Made by a program: the position numbers and the translations under genes | Part shown: positions 18,893 to 27,798 of the stretch, in pieces | Position numbering within the stretch: the first letter of the stretch is position 1 | Layout of the letters: the number at the start of each line of letters is the position of its first letter | The notes under the pieces: generated by a model | What the model saw: only the letters and a program-made list of their open reading frames with translations | The model's database searches: none | What the model was told of the DNA's origin: nothing | Origin: Chloroflexota bacterium | Lineage (GTDB): Bacteria > Chloroflexota > Dehalococcoidia > E44-bin15 | DNA: 64,000 nucleotides | NCBI GenBank assembly: GCA_030604825.1 | Contig: JAUVVB010000006.1 | Coordinates: 5,781-69,780 of the forward strand | Direction of reading: 5' to 3'

Positions 18893-21451
18893 ATGACCCC
18901 GCTGAGACGCCAATACCTCAGGATCAAGCGCAAATACCCGGAGGCCATCGTCTTCTTCCGCCTGGGGGACTTCTACGAGACCTTCGAGGAGGATGCCCGG
19001 ATCGCCTCCAGGGAGCTGGACATCGTGCTCACCTCCAGGGAGATGGGAAAGGGGCAGCGATTCCCCATGGCAGGCATCCCCTATCATGCCCTGGATAACT
19101 ACCTGGCCAAGCTGATTGGCCGGGGATATAAGGTGGCCATCTGCGAGCAGCTTAGCGAGCCCAGGGGAAAGGGGCTGGTGGAGCGGGATGTGATTCGGGT
19201 GGTAACGCCGGGAACGGTGGTTGAGCCCGTCCTTCTGGAGGGAAAGGCCAATAACTATCTGGTTTCCATAGTGGGGGAGGGGGAGGAGGCGGGCATTTGC
19301 TACGTTGATATAACCACCAGCGAGTTCGCCACCACCCAGCTTCCCCGCCAGCGCGCCCTGGCCGAGCTGGAGCGCCTTAACCCCTCGGAGGTGCTTGCCC
19401 CCCGCGGCTCCGATTTCGCCGAGTCCCCCCTCCCTTCCCCGCTAACCCCCCTTGATGAACGGTGGTTTGAGCTGGAGACAGCTCGCCAGCTTTTGCTGGA
19501 GCATTTTGAGGCCTCATCCTTGGAGGGGTTTGGCTGCGCCCATCTCCCCCTGGCGATAAGGGCAGCGGGCGCCATCCTCCATTACCTGGGGGAGACCCAG
19601 AAGGCAGCCCTGGGCCAGCTAACCAGGCTCTCCATCTATTCCACCGATTCCTTCATGACCGTGGACCCCCAGACCAGGCGCAATCTGGAGCTTTTCCATG
19701 GCATTCGCCTGGGGACCACATCCGGATCGCTGCTCTCCGTGATCGACCTTACCAGGACGGCCATGGGGGGAAGGCTGCTCAAGAGGTGGCTGGGCCAGCC
19801 CTCACTTGACATAAAGATACTCGGTCGGCGGCTAGATGTGGTGGAGTGGTTTCATGGCAGGGTAGGCAGGCGCACCAGGATCATCTCCTTGCTAGGTCAA
19901 ATGGCTGACCTGGAGAGGCTGATCAACCGCATCAGGAGCAGCATTGCCACCCCAAAGGAGATGGTCGCCCTCGGCCGCAGCCTGAAGCTGGTATCCGAAG
20001 TCAAGGCGGCATTCGAAGCGGATGAGACCTCAGCTTTGGACTGGCTGCTGGCGGAGCTCAAGCCCTGCGGTGACATCGTCGCCCTGATAGAGCAGGCCAT
20101 CGTAGATGATCCGCCGGCAAGCCCTGGCGATGGCGTGATCAGGGAGGGCTTCTCAGCGGAGCTAGACCAGATAAGGACAGCCTCTAGGGATGCCAAGAGG
20201 TATCTGGCGAACCTGGAGCGGCAGGAGAGGGCGAGGACGGGGATCAAGTCGCTGAAGGTAGGATATAACAAGGTCTTTGGCTACTATATCGAGGTGTCCA
20301 AGCCCAATCTGCCCCAGGTTCCTCAGGATTATATTCGCAAGCAGACGCTGGTGGGGGCGGAGCGCTTCTTCACCCCGGAGCTCAAGGAATATGAATCGCT
20401 GATCCTCAATGCCCAGGAGAGGATCGCCGAGCTGGAGGGCACCATCTTTCGCCAGGCCTCCAGCCAGGTGGGCGCCAGTGCTGAGCGCATCCTGGGGGTG
20501 GCATCGGCACTGGCCCAGCTAGACGTTTTCTCCTCCCTTGCCGAGGTAGCCGCCGGCAATGGCTATGTGAGGCCAAAGCTCACTGAAGATGACGCCATCG
20601 TCATCAGTGGCGGTCGCCATCCCGTCGTGGAGCAGACCATGGTTGAGGAGCCCTTTGTCCCCAATGACACCTACCTCTGCAATAAGGACGCCCAGATGAT
20701 CATCCTCACCGGCCCCAATATGTCGGGCAAGTCCACCTACCTGAGGCAGGTGGCGCTCATCGTGCTCCTGGCTCAGATGGGAAGCTTCGTGCCTGCCGAT
20801 TCAGCCACCATCGGGCTGGTGGACCGCATCTTCACCCGTGTCGGCGCCCAGGACGAGCTGGCCATGGGGAGGTCAACCTTCATGGTGGAGATGGAGGAGA
20901 CGGCGAACATCCTGAACAATGCCACCCCCCGCTCCCTGGTCATCCTCGATGAGATAGGGAGGGGCACCAGCACCTACGATGGCATATCCATCGCTCAGGC
21001 GGTGGCGGAATACATCCACAATCATCCCTGGCTTGGCGCCAAGACCCTTTTTGCCACCCACTACCACGAGCTGGTGGATATGGCAGGTTTCCTGCCCCGG
21101 GTGAAGAACTTCAACTTTGCCGTCGCCGAGGAGGGGGGAAAGGTGGTATTTCTGCGCAAGATCCTCCCCGGCGGTGCCGACAGGAGCTATGGGATTCACG
21201 TGGCGCAGCTTGCTGGCCTGCCCCGCTCCGTCATCCACCGCGCCCAGGAGGTGTTGACGGAGCTTGAGGGGGAGCGAGAGCAGAAGGGGAGGCGAAAAGG
21301 GAGAGCCCGCCCCAAGCCCAAGCAGCTTCCCCTTTTCGGGGACAGGTCGGAGTTAGTGGAGGAGCTTTCAAAACTAGATGTGGACTCCATGACCCCGCTT
21401 GAAGCCATAAACAAGCTCTACGAGCTAAAGAAGAAGGCGAGGGAGGGATAA
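18893..21451 (+). CDS. mutS: DNA mismatch repair protein MutS
   Basis: 852 aa with mismatch-binding N-terminus 'YPEAIVFFRLGDFYETF' and Walker A 'TGPNMSGKSTYLRQ'. Confidence 0.9.
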   Translation: MTPLRRQYLRIKRKYPEAIVFFRLGDFYETFEEDARIASRELDIVLTSREMGKGQRFPMAGIPYHALDNYLAKLIGRGYKVAICEQLSEPRGKGLVERDVIRVVTPGTVVEPVLLEGKANNYLVSIVGEGEEAGICYVDITTSEFATTQLPRQRALAELERLNPSEVLAPRGSDFAESPLPSPLTPLDERWFELETARQLLLEHFEASSLEGFGCAHLPLAIRAAGAILHYLGETQKAALGQLTRLSIYSTDSFMTVDPQTRRNLELFHGIRLGTTSGSLLSVIDLTRTAMGGRLLKRWLGQPSLDIKILGRRLDVVEWFHGRVGRRTRIISLLGQMADLERLINRIRSSIATPKEMVALGRSLKLVSEVKAAFEADETSALDWLLAELKPCGDIVALIEQAIVDDPPASPGDGVIREGFSAELDQIRTASRDAKRYLANLERQERARTGIKSLKVGYNKVFGYYIEVSKPNLPQVPQDYIRKQTLVGAERFFTPELKEYESLILNAQERIAELEGTIFRQASSQVGASAERILGVASALAQLDVFSSLAEVAAGNGYVRPKLTEDDAIVISGGRHPVVEQTMVEEPFVPNDTYLCNKDAQMIILTGPNMSGKSTYLRQVALIVLLAQMGSFVPADSATIGLVDRIFTRVGAQDELAMGRSTFMVEMEETANILNNATPRSLVILDEIGRGTSTYDGISIAQAVAEYIHNHPWLGAKTLFATHYHELVDMAGFLPRVKNFNFAVAEEGGKVVFLRKILPGGADRSYGIHVAQLAGLPRSVIHRAQEVLTELEGEREQKGRRKGRARPKPKQLPLFGDRSELVEELSKLDVDSMTPLEAINKLYELKKKAREG

Positions 21452-21455
21452 GAGG

Positions 21456-21941
21456 GTGGCTTTGTATTTCGCTTATGCCTCAAATTTGGACAGGGAACAA
21501 ATGAAGAGACGTTGTCCCAACCATGAGTTGAAAGGAATAGCTTATCTGCAAGGATATACTATTGCCTTTACCCGCTATGCAGATAGCAGGTGTGGTGGAG
21601 TAGCTGACATAGTTAAGTCCTTTGATGATGAAGTGGTATGGGGAGCGATTTACGAACTAAACGCTGAAGATATCGGTCGTCTCGATGACTGCGAGGGATA
21701 TCCAGATGCGTATCGAAAAGAAATAATGCAAGTAATAACCCCTGAGGGTAATCATATCGAAGTGTTTACTTACGTAGCAAACAAACAAGGTATCTTCTTA
21801 CCATATAAAAAATATATAGACCAAATCGTCAGCGGCGCTGAAGCTGAAGATGTAGAATTGCCTCCAGAATATATCGACAAGCTGAAAAAGCTTCCCTACT
21901 CAGAGGTAAAAAGGAAACGCCCAAGATTTCTAAGTCCGTAG
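21456..21941 (+). CDS. gamma-glutamyl cyclotransferase-like (AIG2/GGCT family) protein, on an AT-rich islet
   Basis: 161 aa beginning 'YFAYASNLDREQMKRRCP', the signature N-terminus of the AIG2/GGCT fold. GTG start with an 'AGGGATAAGAGG' RBS. GC content is visibly much lower than in the flanking mutS and mutL. Confidence 0.7.
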   Translation: MALYFAYASNLDREQMKRRCPNHELKGIAYLQGYTIAFTRYADSRCGGVADIVKSFDDEVVWGAIYELNAEDIGRLDDCEGYPDAYRKEIMQVITPEGNHIEVFTYVANKQGIFLPYKKYIDQIVSGAEAEDVELPPEYIDKLKKLPYSEVKRKRPRFLSP

Positions 21942-22009
21942 GCAGGCTGCGAGGTTGGCTAACTCGGAGCTTTTTCTTCACGAGGCAAGTTGGTTAAGCT
22001 GAGGTTCAA

Positions 22010-23686
22010 ATGCCCATCCAAATTCTAGACCCTGATGTTGTCTCCAAGATCGCTGCCGGGGAGGTGGTGGAGAGGCCGGCTTCGGTGGTTAAGGAGCTTT
22101 TGGAGAACTCCCTGGATGCCGGCGCCGCCAGGATCGCCATCGAGGCCCGCGGTGGTGGGGTGAACCTGATCAGGGTCACCGACAATGGCTGGGGCATAGC
22201 GGGGGATGAGGCGGAGCTTGCCTTCCATCGCTACGCCACCAGCAAGATCGAGGGCATGGCAGACCTGGATAGCATCTCCAGCCTGGGCTTCAGGGGGGAG
22301 GCGCTGCCCAGCATCGCCGCCGTGGCTGAGGTGGAACTGCTCACCCGCACCCCGGATGAGACGGCGGGAACCTATCTCAAACTTCAACAGGGCAAGGTGG
22401 TGGGAAAAACCAAGAGGGGATGCCCCCAGGGAACCGTGGTCACGGTGCGCCACCTCTTCCGAAATTTCCCCGCCCGCCTCAAATTCCTGAAATCCGCTGC
22501 CACCGAAAGCAGCCACATATCCAACCTGGTGAGCCACTATAGCCTCGCCTTCCCCGAGGTGCGGTTCGCTCTGGTTATAGATGGGCGGATGGCCCTTCAG
22601 ACCCCGGGGGGTGGCGACCTGCGCGATGTGCTGGTCAAGCTCTATGGGCTGGAAACCGCCGAGGCAATGATGGCGGTTTCGGGCGGGGATGAGATTCCCC
22701 AGGTGTGGGGCTTTGTCAGCCCCCCTTCCATTGCCCGTTCCAGCCGGGGCTACCTGAGCTTCTTCGTCAACCGCCGCTGGGTAAACAGCCCGCTTCTCGG
22801 CCGCGCCGTGGAGAATGCCTATCAGGGGCTGCTGATGACGGGCAGACATCCCATCGCCGTGCTAAACATATCCCTTCCATATCAGGATGTCGATGTCAAT
22901 GTTCATCCCACCAAGAACCAGGTGAAATTCCGCTATGAGCATGCCCTGTTCGCTGCCGTGGAGAAGGCAGTGCGCAGTGCCCTGGTCAAGCACATGCCAG
23001 TGCCGCTCATTCGACCAGCCACCATGCCCATATCCCCCCGACAGGAGCAATTTCCGGCTAAGGGGGAAGAGGCCGTGGAGATGCCTCTTTTTGCCAGGCA
23101 AGCCCCAGAGCTTCGGCTCCCCATCCTCCGCGTTCTGGGTCAGCTCGCCTCAACCTATATCATTGCCGAGGGACCTGATGGGCTTTACCTCGTCGATCAG
23201 CACGCTGCCCACGAGAGGATCCTCTTTGAGAAGGTTCGCGCCCAGCGGCAGAGTATGGAGGTTGAGGTTCAGGGGCTGCTTGAGCCTTTGACCATCGAGG
23301 TTACCCCCCGCCAGGAGGAGATGTTAAACGCGGGGAAGGAGGTCCTTGCTTCCTATGGCTTTGCCATTGAGCCCTTTGGCCAGCGAACCTGCCTGGTGCG
23401 CGCCGTGCCTGCCCTGCTCAAAGGGGGGAATATAAACCAGGTTGTGACTGAGATCCTGGATTCCCTTGCTGAAGAAGGGGACATCGTCAAAAGGGAGGAA
23501 AGGATCGCTACTTCCCTGGCGTGCCATGGCGCGGTGAGGGCAGGGCAAATGCTAAGCGAGCAGGAGATGCGCCAGCTGGTGCGAGAGCTAGAGCTTGTGG
23601 ATTTGCCCCGCACCTGCCCCCATGGCCGACCGACGATGATCCGCTTTACCTCCTCCCACCTGGAGAAGGAGTTCGGTCGCGGCTAA
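22010..23686 (+). CDS. mutL: DNA mismatch repair protein MutL
   Basis: 558 aa with GHKL ATPase N-terminus 'IAAGEVVERPASVVKELLENSLDAGA' and 'VTDNGWGI'. Confidence 0.9.
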   Translation: MPIQILDPDVVSKIAAGEVVERPASVVKELLENSLDAGAARIAIEARGGGVNLIRVTDNGWGIAGDEAELAFHRYATSKIEGMADLDSISSLGFRGEALPSIAAVAEVELLTRTPDETAGTYLKLQQGKVVGKTKRGCPQGTVVTVRHLFRNFPARLKFLKSAATESSHISNLVSHYSLAFPEVRFALVIDGRMALQTPGGGDLRDVLVKLYGLETAEAMMAVSGGDEIPQVWGFVSPPSIARSSRGYLSFFVNRRWVNSPLLGRAVENAYQGLLMTGRHPIAVLNISLPYQDVDVNVHPTKNQVKFRYEHALFAAVEKAVRSALVKHMPVPLIRPATMPISPRQEQFPAKGEEAVEMPLFARQAPELRLPILRVLGQLASTYIIAEGPDGLYLVDQHAAHERILFEKVRAQRQSMEVEVQGLLEPLTIEVTPRQEEMLNAGKEVLASYGFAIEPFGQRTCLVRAVPALLKGGNINQVVTEILDSLAEEGDIVKREERIATSLACHGAVRAGQMLSEQEMRQLVRELELVDLPRTCPHGRPTMIRFTSSHLEKEFGRG

Positions 23687-23688
23687 AT

Positions 23689-24609
23689 CTATAGCTGCAG
23701 ATAGCTGTGGGCGTAGAGGGTCTTGTTTTCCAGCACCCTGATGGTCTTCAGGATGTTCATCTGCTCCGGGTCGCTTTGGTCGATTATGCTGGGGTCGAAT
23801 TCCTCATCCGCAGCATAGGCATCATAGAGGCCAAGGTAGACCCTTCCCCTGGCGGTGGAATCATCGCGAGCCTCAAGGATGCGTATCGTTTCCATGATCT
23901 CGTCATCGAAGGGGTCGAGGATCGCCGAGTCAAGCCCAGCCCCCATGAGCATCACCAGGTAGATGCGGTTGAGGATGGGCCTCACCTCTTTGGGGGCACC
24001 GTTGGATACATTGGAAAGGCCACAAGTAGTATGAAAAGGGGGATCGCTTATCTGCTTGAAGATGCGCACCGCCTTGACCACCTCGGGGGCATGCTCCTGA
24101 CAGCCATTCACGGTGAGCACCAGGGGGTCGAGGTATACATTCTCTATGGGCACGCCATGCTGCTCTATGGCGGGGAGTAGGTCATCGCTGAGGATCTCCA
24201 CCCTGGTATCGGCGGTTGCCGGCAGCCCGGTGGCCCGCAGGGTGAGGGCGATGATATTGCAATCGTGGCTTGCCGCCAGGGGGAAGAGGACACCCATCCG
24301 CTCCGGGTCGGCACTGGTGCTGTTGATGGTGGGCTTCTGTTTACAAGCCTTTAGCCCTGCCTTGATGGCCTCAGCATTTGTGGTGTCCAGGGAGAAAGGA
24401 ACATCCACCACCTCCTGGACGGCGTTCACCAGCCAATCCATCACCTCAGCGCCCGCCTTCTTCTGGGGGCCGATGTTGAGGTCGAGCCAGTGAGCCCCCT
24501 TCTCCACCTGGCGCTTGGCCAGGTCTTGGACAAAGGGTTTATCCCGTTCCTCGACGGCCGTCCTCACGCTCTTGGATATGATCTGCAAGCATTCCCCAAT
24601 GGCGATCAT
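23689..24609 (-). CDS. acsE: methyltetrahydrofolate:corrinoid/iron-sulfur protein methyltransferase (pterin-binding)
   Basis: 306 aa pterin-binding TIM-barrel ('IIAIGECLQI...GAHWLDLNIG'). Last gene of the acs cluster on the minus strand. Confidence 0.8.
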   Translation of the reverse strand: MIAIGECLQIISKSVRTAVEERDKPFVQDLAKRQVEKGAHWLDLNIGPQKKAGAEVMDWLVNAVQEVVDVPFSLDTTNAEAIKAGLKACKQKPTINSTSADPERMGVLFPLAASHDCNIIALTLRATGLPATADTRVEILSDDLLPAIEQHGVPIENVYLDPLVLTVNGCQEHAPEVVKAVRIFKQISDPPFHTTCGLSNVSNGAPKEVRPILNRIYLVMLMGAGLDSAILDPFDDEIMETIRILEARDDSTARGRVYLGLYDAYAADEEFDPSIIDQSDPEQMNILKTIRVLENKTLYAHSYLQL

Positions 24610-24627
24610 AGCATCCTCCTTATATGA

Positions 24628-25383
24628 TCAGGCTAAGCCGAGCTTCCTCGCTATGTCCAAAACCCCTTTCTTGAGGGGTGACTCCGGTGGAAGCTCAGTC
24701 AGGGGCGCACCTCTTATCTCCAGCTTCATCATCGCCGGGTCTTCAGGGAGCATCCCGATAAGCTCCAGCCCTGTCTCCCTTATCGCCTTATCGATCTCCG
24801 GGGGAAGGCCATCGGCCACCCGATTGACCACCAGGGCGATCCTATCCACATGGGCTCTCAGCTCGCCAATGAGCTCCTTCATGCGGGTGGCGGCGGAGAT
24901 CCCCCTCATGGTGGGGTCTGAGGTGATGAGCAGGATGTCCACATCCCTGGTTGTCTGCCGGCTTATGTGCTCCATGCCCGCCTCGGAGTCGATGACCACA
25001 TAGTCGTAGTTGCTGGCCAGGCGGTCGATGGAGGCACGAAGCATGTGATTGGCGGCGCAGTAGCAACCGGGACCCTCGGGGCGCCCCATGGCCAGGAGGT
25101 CCACCCCCTTTGATTCCACCAGCGCCTGCTGAATTCTCAGCTCCAGGTAATCCTGCTTTGGTATACCGGTGAGGCGCTTTCTTGCCTGGGGATCGAGGGT
25201 CTCCTCCCGAACCGCGCCCACCGTCTCTTCCAGGGGCAGACCCAATGTCATGTGAAGGTTGGAGCTGGGGTCGCCATCGATGGCCAGGACCGCCCCCTTC
25301 TTGGTGAGAAGCTCGATCAGCAGGGCAGCCAGGGTGGTCTTCCCCGTGCCCCCCTTTCCCGCAATGGCGATGGTCTTGGTCAT
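24628..25383 (-). CDS. cooC: CooC-family Ni-insertion P-loop ATPase (CODH/ACS maturation)
   Basis: 'IAIAGKGGTGKTT' deviant Walker A of MinD/CooC ATPases, and a 'GCYC' CxC metal-binding motif. Start taken at MTKTIAIAG (25383). The ORF track extends to 25467. Confidence 0.8.
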   Translation of the reverse strand: MTKTIAIAGKGGTGKTTLAALLIELLTKKGAVLAIDGDPSSNLHMTLGLPLEETVGAVREETLDPQARKRLTGIPKQDYLELRIQQALVESKGVDLLAMGRPEGPGCYCAANHMLRASIDRLASNYDYVVIDSEAGMEHISRQTTRDVDILLITSDPTMRGISAATRMKELIGELRAHVDRIALVVNRVADGLPPEIDKAIRETGLELIGMLPEDPAMMKLEIRGAPLTELPPESPLKKGVLDIARKLGLA

Positions 25384-25394
25384 GCTACGTCTCT

Positions 25395-26750
25395 TCAGGC
25401 TTTCCAGTTTTGCTTGAGGTAGCCCCCCACTTCCACCGCGTCCCGGGGGCCAACCATGATCTTCCAATCGGGGAGCTCTTCCTCCAGCTCACCCCTGAGC
25501 ACTGCCACATGTCCCGGAATGATCACATTGTGGTGGCTGACCTTCTCGGCGACGTTGAACTCCTTGACCGTCTTGGCGATCCTCTCGGCGTCAAACTTCC
25601 CCGCTGCCCAGGAGGTGAGCACCGAAAGCCCCTCGGTATCGCAAACCAGGAGCCAGGAAGGGAAGCCGCTGGACTCCAGCTCGCCGGCGATGGAGAAGTA
25701 GGTGAGGGAGAAGTTGGTGGTCACACATAGCGGGCTTTCCGGCTTAGGAGTGCCTATCTCATATATTCCCGGCGACATCTGAATCGGCTTCTGCGGGTCG
25801 GTGTAGATGTTGAGGCGCAGGGTAAGCAGTGGGTAGACCATGCTGGGGGAGAAATGATCGAGGACGATGATCCCGGCATACTTAGCCACGTGTTGCCCGG
25901 CGAGAAGTGCCTCCTCCTCCACATTTGCCGCTGTCTCGCCGGGGAAGGTGATCACCGGATAGCCCAACGGGCGAAAGCTCTTCTTCAAAGCAAGGCGGCG
26001 AATCTGGGTGAGGATGGATAGGGATTCACCAAAGTCTCGGGCACCGGGATCAAGGACCACATCCTCCACCCCCTTGCCCGTCACCTGCTCCACTATGCCC
26101 GAAAGCTCGCCCAGCCCCCCTGGCTCATGGACAGCCAGGGGGCACTGGTGCTTCAGGGCTAGCTCCGCCATCTGTTCCCAGTTTTCCTTGGTGGCGGCGT
26201 AGATCAGCGGCTTGGCGCTGGCCACCTTTTCCAATACCTGGCCCATAGCCGAGGGGTCTGTTGACATAAGCACCAAGGGGAGGTCTGTCTTGGAGGAGAC
26301 CAGCTCCACACATCGGGCAAAGCTTCCCCCATTCTTGGAAGCATTCTCGATGGTGAAGCCGTCCATCCTGAGTTCAAGGCCAACCCTCTCCACATTGTAG
26401 CCTGCTACCTCATCTATCAGCTTGGACACCTGGTCGGCAGGGTCCGTATCCTTGATGCGCACCAGCAGGCCTGGCGGGTGGTAAAAGGTCTTCTCATGGC
26501 GGAACATGACCACCTCATTTCCCACCTCGACCTTCCTCTCTCCTGAGCCGATGGTGATCAGGCGAATGGGAGGTCGGGAGGCAGCCTCCAGGGCCTGCTT
26601 TGACTCCTCGGAAACATAGGGGCACGCCGATAGCTCCACCGCCTTGGCGGTAAGCTTCATGGCAAAGGCAAGGCAGGTGGGAAAGCCACACTCCTTGCAG
26701 TTGGTCTTGGGCAGGTATTTATAGATCTCAATGCCGCTGAGTGCCATCAT
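25395..26750 (-). CDS. acsC: corrinoid iron-sulfur protein large subunit (acetyl-CoA decarbonylase/synthase gamma)
   Basis: 451 aa. N-terminal 4Fe-4S motif 'CKECGFPTCLAFAMKL...CPYV', typical of AcsC/CdhE. Confidence 0.85.
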   Translation of the reverse strand: MMALSGIEIYKYLPKTNCKECGFPTCLAFAMKLTAKAVELSACPYVSEESKQALEAASRPPIRLITIGSGERKVEVGNEVVMFRHEKTFYHPPGLLVRIKDTDPADQVSKLIDEVAGYNVERVGLELRMDGFTIENASKNGGSFARCVELVSSKTDLPLVLMSTDPSAMGQVLEKVASAKPLIYAATKENWEQMAELALKHQCPLAVHEPGGLGELSGIVEQVTGKGVEDVVLDPGARDFGESLSILTQIRRLALKKSFRPLGYPVITFPGETAANVEEEALLAGQHVAKYAGIIVLDHFSPSMVYPLLTLRLNIYTDPQKPIQMSPGIYEIGTPKPESPLCVTTNFSLTYFSIAGELESSGFPSWLLVCDTEGLSVLTSWAAGKFDAERIAKTVKEFNVAEKVSHHNVIIPGHVAVLRGELEEELPDWKIMVGPRDAVEVGGYLKQNWKA

Positions 26751-26759
26751 AACCCCCTC

Positions 26760-27713
26760 TCAATCGCTCTTGCTCATCAGCCTATCGATAACCGTCTTCA
26801 CCCTCTCCACAGACCTGGGGTGCCTGAGAATTACGATGTCAGCGCCGGCAGCAAACAGCGTGGAGGCGGTTATCTCCTCCCAGACGAGGGATCTTTCCAG
26901 GTGGTCGCCCCAGGCCTCAGGCATCCCCTCGGTGAACTTCGACTCCTTCTGCCGCCATGACTCCTCTCCGGCAGTGCAGATCATGGGGATGGCCGTCATC
27001 GCATCTCCCCCCAGCCCCGCCAGGCGAAGCCGTTCCATCACCGAGTAGCTATATTCCAATCCGTAGCCCAGAGCACCGGTGGTGGGGTCCATCAGGATGG
27101 AATCCGGGGACATGCCGAGGTCGCAGAGGAGGATGTTGAGCTGTTTGGCTAGGTTGATCTCGATAGGGGTCTTGGCAATGGCGACATGACCATCGGCGAT
27201 GCAGGCGGCGGCGATGGTGCGATAGTTTTTCTCCTCACAGTTTCCCAGGGCAACCCTTTGCCCCTTGGCAACATCAGAGGCTGCCACCAGGACCTGGTTA
27301 TCCTTTTCCGCCACCCCCGGCCCCAGGATGATCAGTGGCAGGTCCACCGCGGAGAGAACCTTATCCACGTTTCTTCTGGCCTCATCAGCGCCGCTGTTTC
27401 CCTCTTCAGGGTGGGCGCTTTTGAGGGAGATGGCGATGATGTCGGCGCCATATTCCACTGCCTTCTTGGCCCAGGCTGCGGGGTCGCTGAGGACATCGCC
27501 CCAGGCACTAACCAGGTGGGGCGACCAATCCCTGGGCTCGCTGTCTCGAACCTCTATGGCGATTACAGGTCTATTGGGAATGGAACCCTCAAACTGGAGG
27601 AAGGGGAGGGTGGACTCGCCGCCAACAACCACGCTCTTCCTGCCATTTCCCCCCAGCCTCACCTCCCTCACCTTTCCCGTCCACTTCTCGGTAGGCAATT
27701 CCACTGCCGGCAT
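26760..27713 (-). CDS. acsD: corrinoid iron-sulfur protein small subunit (acetyl-CoA decarbonylase/synthase delta)
   Basis: About 317 aa AcsD/CdhD-like TIM barrel lying between acsB and acsC. Start chosen at 27713 (MPAVEL), which is preceded by a strong GGAGG RBS. The ORF track starts at 27749. Confidence 0.75.
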   Translation of the reverse strand: MPAVELPTEKWTGKVREVRLGGNGRKSVVVGGESTLPFLQFEGSIPNRPVIAIEVRDSEPRDWSPHLVSAWGDVLSDPAAWAKKAVEYGADIIAISLKSAHPEEGNSGADEARRNVDKVLSAVDLPLIILGPGVAEKDNQVLVAASDVAKGQRVALGNCEEKNYRTIAAACIADGHVAIAKTPIEINLAKQLNILLCDLGMSPDSILMDPTTGALGYGLEYSYSVMERLRLAGLGGDAMTAIPMICTAGEESWRQKESKFTEGMPEAWGDHLERSLVWEEITASTLFAAGADIVILRHPRSVERVKTVIDRLMSKSD

Positions 27714-27798
27714 CACATTCCTCCTTTCTCTTCTTGCCCCATTAAACAAGGGTCGAATTTCTCGACCCTTGTTTAGGTATTCCCTCCAAGTCTTGGCA

